Source of the DNA: Candidatus Kerfeldbacteria bacterium
GTDB taxonomy: Bacteria > Patescibacteriota > Patescibacteriia > SBBC01 > CAIJZX01
Reading direction: 5' to 3'
NCBI GenBank assembly: GCA_016193315.1
Contig: JACPSJ010000004.1
Span: forward strand, 65,708-129,707
DNA length: 64,000 nt
This document shows, one piece after another, positions 60,578 to 64,000 of the stretch. The translations under genes were made by a program, and so were the position numbers. Numbering within the stretch: the stretch's first letter is position 1; each line of letters begins with the position of its first letter. The notes under the pieces were generated by a model. The model was not told the origin of the DNA, made no database searches, and saw only the letters and a program-made list of their open reading frames with translations.

Positions 60578-61069
60578 GGGAAACAAAGGTATTCCATCAA
60601 GATCTTTTTCTTGGCTTACCTTAGCGCAAGAAACGCTGGCTTGGGTCCATGGGGCCAGGAACCTTGTCCCCAGGGAAATCCAACTCTATTCCACATGCGG
60701 GCTCCTCTTGACCTACCCATTCGCGAGACCGCATGGGTGCGCTTATCTTACTGCTATCCGACCAGCGAGGATGGTGAAGCTCCACCAGCATGAGCTGGCG
60801 GCTTCTTGGAGATACGGCGGAGCGGAATCCCGCACCGACCGACCTGGCCGGTCTGGTGCGGGGCAAAACTAGTGGCTCGTCAACCAAAAGGCGGAGGGCC
60901 TCAACCGTGGGGCGGCTACGTGCTAACTTCGGGTGCTCGCCCGCACGATGACCGCTGTCAGCCAGCTTCCGGGCATCGCCAAGTCTGGCTGATGAGCCCG
61001 TCGTCAACCAGAGTTAACCTGCTGGTGGCAACCAAACCATTGGTCAGCCGTTGGCTTTGACGAATTGTG

Positions 61070-61696
61070 CTATTGGAGGCCCTGGGAGTTGAGATACGTG
61101 GCGAAATTGAGGATCAGTTGCTGCGTCTCACTCTCAATGGCGCGGTAATCTGCCTCGGCCGAGCGAAGGCTCAGGTAAAAAGTTTGATTCCTGGTGAGTA
61201 GAATGGTGAGGAGATTCTCCGTCACCGTTTGATCCCGTGAGCTTTGCTGTTTGTAGCGGATCTGGATAGTTCGGTATGATTTCGTATTGAGTGTCTTGTT
61301 ACTGACCAGGGTAAAGTTTTCGATTTCCTTGGTCAAAGATTCGACCACTTGATCGGCGGCGGCGGCGACGTTGATGTTTGCTTCGAGTTCGCCAACTATC
61401 GATCGGGCACTGAACGAAGCCGTTGGGTTTTCGCGATGGGCTTTGACGATTAGTCCGGCTAACTTATCGGCGCTGGTCAGGCTTTCTGCGACCCAACCAC
61501 GAGGGTAACTAATACTGACTGAGCGGACGATGGTCGGTTGACCTTGACTGCCGCTCGGGGGCTGATTCGAGTTTTGACCCTGGCCGTTACTGAGCGGCCC
61601 GGCGATTCGATCTTTGAGGAGGAAGAGGGCGCCACCGATAATGGCTACCGCCACGAGGGGGATAACGATTTTGAGTCGGGAAGACATATTCATCAT
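61070..61696 (-). CDS. hypothetical membrane-anchored protein (N-terminal TM plus extracytoplasmic domain)
   Basis: 208 aa with a KIVIPLVAVAIIGGALFLL anchor and a Gln/Ser/Gly-rich linker. It resembles the architecture of ORF 61793..62344. Confidence 0.5.
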   Translation of the reverse strand: MMNMSSRLKIVIPLVAVAIIGGALFLLKDRIAGPLSNGQGQNSNQPPSGSQGQPTIVRSVSISYPRGWVAESLTSADKLAGLIVKAHRENPTASFSARSIVGELEANINVAAAADQVVESLTKEIENFTLVSNKTLNTKSYRTIQIRYKQQSSRDQTVTENLLTILLTRNQTFYLSLRSAEADYRAIESETQQLILNFATYLNSQGLQ

Positions 61697-61792
61697 CTAG
61701 CTCTTCAGGTATTAATAATACGTGGATTTCGCCGCCAGCGCAACCCCGAGGCCACTAGTCTGCTGAGAGCCACATCTTGATCCACTGACCAC

Positions 61793-62344
61793 CTAGTTGA
61801 CAGCCATAGTTGACCTAATCCGACTCGTGTCTTCTTTGACCCTCAAGGAATCGGTTGATTGAATGGTTAAGTAGTAGGCGTCTGGCTCCCGGGTGATGAT
61901 CAGGAAACTCGTGTGGGCGGTGGTCTTCCCGTCCTTCCCGGTGTAACGAAACTCGGTCAGGCTTGCCTCCCGCCCCGAAATGGTGATCCGTTCGCTCTTG
62001 GTTTTTCGGTAACCACGGTAGGAGAGCTGGAATTGACGTTCCGCGTTGCGTTCTAGGAAATCCAGGAAGGCGGTGCGTGTGACTCGCGCCCCTTTGATCG
62101 CCTTCTTTTCTTCAGCCAGCATGATCAGGCTTTCCGGTTCGCTGCTTTTGAGCCGGATGAGAATGTCGGCTTCGCCTGGCCGGCTCGGTCGTGGTTCCTC
62201 CGCATATCGAACGGGGTAGCGGAAACTAACATGGGGGGAAGAAAATTCTTTCAGCCCCGCGTTTGCTTGCCACCAATACAGAGCGATGGCTAGAATGACG
62301 ACCATCGCTGACAGGCCGGTAAACAAGACTTTCCGTTTCATCAT
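61793..62344 (-). CDS. hypothetical membrane-anchored protein, same architecture as 61070..61696
   Basis: 183 aa with a VLFTGLSAMVVILAIALYWW anchor and a soluble domain of about 150 aa. Confidence 0.5.
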   Translation of the reverse strand: MMKRKVLFTGLSAMVVILAIALYWWQANAGLKEFSSPHVSFRYPVRYAEEPRPSRPGEADILIRLKSSEPESLIMLAEEKKAIKGARVTRTAFLDFLERNAERQFQLSYRGYRKTKSERITISGREASLTEFRYTGKDGKTTAHTSFLIITREPDAYYLTIQSTDSLRVKEDTSRIRSTMAVN

Positions 62345-62380
62345 ATCGTGGACTCAGTATACCTCTTTTGCCAATCCAAC

Positions 62381-62404
62381 CAAAAAGGCCCAGCTTGGGC
62401 CTTT
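62381..62404 (-). terminator. intrinsic terminator (bidirectional hairpin) after the repeat-protein gene
   Basis: aaaaaggcccagcttgggcctttt. On the minus strand GGCCCAagctGGGCC is followed by TTTTT. Confidence 0.6.
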
Positions 62405-62429
62405 TGGTGAAAGGGTTGTCTTTCGTTGC

Positions 62430-64000
62430 TTAGCCGTTATCCGACCGTGCCAACTCCACCCAGGTGCTGCCCGTGTGGATATAGGTGATCGAATCGAACT
62501 CGGTTGGGTTCAGGGTTACTGTCCCCGCCTGTTCGTTTGCGGCGTCAACCTCAGTGATGGTCACGTTACCGGCGTTGCCGTCGATCCTGACAACGATCAG
62601 AACATCACCTTCTGCCGCGCCAGCTTCACTCATCACGACATCAGGCGTGCCAGCGTTGCCCGTGGCATCCTGACTCAATTCCACGTAGGAATTCGTCGGC
62701 GTCAGCGTGTCGTTGGCCGTCCCATCATCCGTGACGGTGAAGGTTTGTCGACCGAGGGTGAAGATGTTGTCAACTAGCACATCGGCGCTTAGCGTCGCAT
62801 CTCCAGTGGCGGACAACGTGGTGAAGGCACCCGTTGAAGCGCCGCCGGCCCCGACCGCTGTGTTGTTGATCGTTCCCCCGTCGATCGTCAGTGCATCAGC
62901 GGCTTCTGAATCAGTAACTGCGCCAGCGGCGATGTCAGCCGCCGCGATGGTGTCAGCCGCGATGTCAGCCGAGACGATGGTTGAATCGAGGATTTCACCG
63001 GTCGCAACTGCGCCGTCAGCGATGTCAGCGGCGACAATGGTGTCAGCCGCGATGTCTGCTGAAGCAATGGTTGAATCGAGGATCTCTCCGGTCGCAACTG
63101 CGCCGTCAGCGATGTCAGCGGCGACAATGGTGTCAGCCGCGATATCGGCTGAAGCAATGGTTGAGTCGAGGATTTCTCCAGTGGTGACAGCTCCGTCAGC
63201 GATGTCAGCCGCGACGATGGTGTCGAGGGCGATCTCGGCCGTGGTCACTGCGCCCGCAGCAATGTCAGCGGTGGCAATGGTGGCGTCAAGGATTTCGCTT
63301 GTCCCAACCGCACCAGCCGCGATGTCTGCCGCAGCGATGGTATCAGCCGCGATGTCTGCCGAGGCGATCGTGCTGTCCAGGATTTCTCCGGTCGCCACTG
63401 CGCCGTCAGCGATATCAACCGCAGCGATGGTGTCGAGGGCGATTTCGGCCGTCGTCACCGCGCCAGCCGCGACATCGGCCGTGGCAATGGTGCCATCGAG
63501 GAGTTCGCTCGTTGTCACTGCCCCAGCGGCAATATCGGCTGCCGCGATGGTGTCGAGGGCGATTTCGGCCGTCGTCACCGCGCCGGCAGCAATGTCAGCT
63601 GTAGCGATGGTAGCATCGAGGATTTCTCCAGTGGTGACAGCTCCGTCAGCGATGTCAGCCGCGACGATGGTGTCGAGGGCGATATCAGCTGAGGCAACAG
63701 TATCAGCCGCGATGTCAGCCGAGACGATGGTTGAATCGAGGATTTCACCGGTCGCAACTGCGCCGTCAGCGATGTCAGCCGCGACAATGGTATCAGCCGC
63801 GATGTCAGCCGAGACGATGGTTGAATCGAGGATTTCACCGGTCGCAACTGCGCCGTCAGCGATGTCAGCCGCAGCGATGGTGTCGAGGGCGATGTCAGCT
63901 GAGGCGATGGTGCTGTCGAGGATCTCGTCAGTCGTCACAGCGCCGGTGTCTATTTCCGCCGCGTCGACCGCGCCAGTAGCGATTTCAGCTGAGTCAACTG
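62430..64000 (-). CDS. large tandem-repeat (putative cell-surface/beta-solenoid-like) protein, 5'-truncated by the window edge
   Basis: At least 523 aa. About 12 copies of a 30-aa unit (ADIADGAVATGEILDSTIASADIAADTIVA), itself built of 10-aa subrepeats, precede a non-repeat C-terminal domain of about 150 aa. The open reading frame continues past position 64000 with no stop; the listed GTG/Met at 63938 is internal. Confidence 0.6.
   Translation of the reverse strand, partial: VDSAEIATGAVDAAEIDTGAVTTDEILDSTIASADIALDTIAAADIADGAVATGEILDSTIVSADIAADTIVAADIADGAVATGEILDSTIVSADIAADTVASADIALDTIVAADIADGAVTTGEILDATIATADIAAGAVTTAEIALDTIAAADIAAGAVTTSELLDGTIATADVAAGAVTTAEIALDTIAAVDIADGAVATGEILDSTIASADIAADTIAAADIAAGAVGTSEILDATIATADIAAGAVTTAEIALDTIVAADIADGAVTTGEILDSTIASADIAADTIVAADIADGAVATGEILDSTIASADIAADTIVAADIADGAVATGEILDSTIVSADIAADTIAAADIAAGAVTDSEAADALTIDGGTINNTAVGAGGASTGAFTTLSATGDATLSADVLVDNIFTLGRQTFTVTDDGTANDTLTPTNSYVELSQDATGNAGTPDVVMSEAGAAEGDVLIVVRIDGNAGNVTITEVDAANEQAGTVTLNPTEFDSITYIHTGSTWVELARSDNG
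62880..64000. repeat. 90-bp tandem DNA repeats (coding) with at least 12 near-identical copies
   Basis: The unit ggtgtcagccgcgatgtcagccgagacgatggttgaatcgaggatttcaccggtcgcaactgcgccgtcagcgatgtcagcggcgacaat is visibly reiterated with minor variants to the window edge. Confidence 0.85.

Noticed and set aside
62880-64000. Tandem 90-bp repeats as a possible CRISPR array
   Set aside because: The repeats are contiguous with no unique spacers, lie inside a continuous open reading frame encoding a 30-aa repeat protein, and no cas genes are present.

Overview
This window is a high-GC (about 60%) bacterial chromosomal segment made up mainly of core housekeeping genes on both strands. In order: rpoD (5' part only, minus strand; the gene continues past coordinate 1) and dnaG; pps; groES-groEL with a CIRCE operator; uvrA; uvrC; secG with a family-5 solute-binding protein; rnj (RNase J); trpS; murI; pgm/manB; lgt-glyA-folD; ychF; rpsF-ssb-rpsR-efp; recA; ftsK with a RodZ-like gene; and rpoC-rpoB. 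Between these sit many small membrane or secreted hypothetical genes. There is a TIGR02436-type four-helix-bundle pseudogene, an orphan csrA, and two tRNAs (Ser-GGA, Leu-CAG), each next to a single-gene low-GC islet. There is also a standalone RNAP alpha-CTD-like ORF, and a large tandem-repeat surface-protein gene that runs off the 3' end of the window. This gene content suggests a reduced-genome, possibly CPR/Patescibacteria-like bacterium, but that is inference only. I found no CRISPR array, cas genes, restriction-modification system, transposase or integrase. The least-explained regions are described in the findings. The first is a GC-rich noncoding stretch (7590-8300) with nested perfect inverted repeats around tRNA-Ser, plus a related dispersed repeat motif. 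The second is a second start on a short upstream ORF that duplicates the first 13 codons of dnaG with only synonymous changes. The third is the pair of tRNA-adjacent low-GC islets. The fourth is a 27-nt element shared by two promoters. The fifth is a hairpin-rich 490-bp leader upstream of rnj. The sixth is the orphan alpha-CTD ORF beside an HExxH gene that appears split by a frameshift. The seventh is a surface-protein cluster with 90-bp tandem repeats. All functional calls are made by eye from motifs, with no database search.
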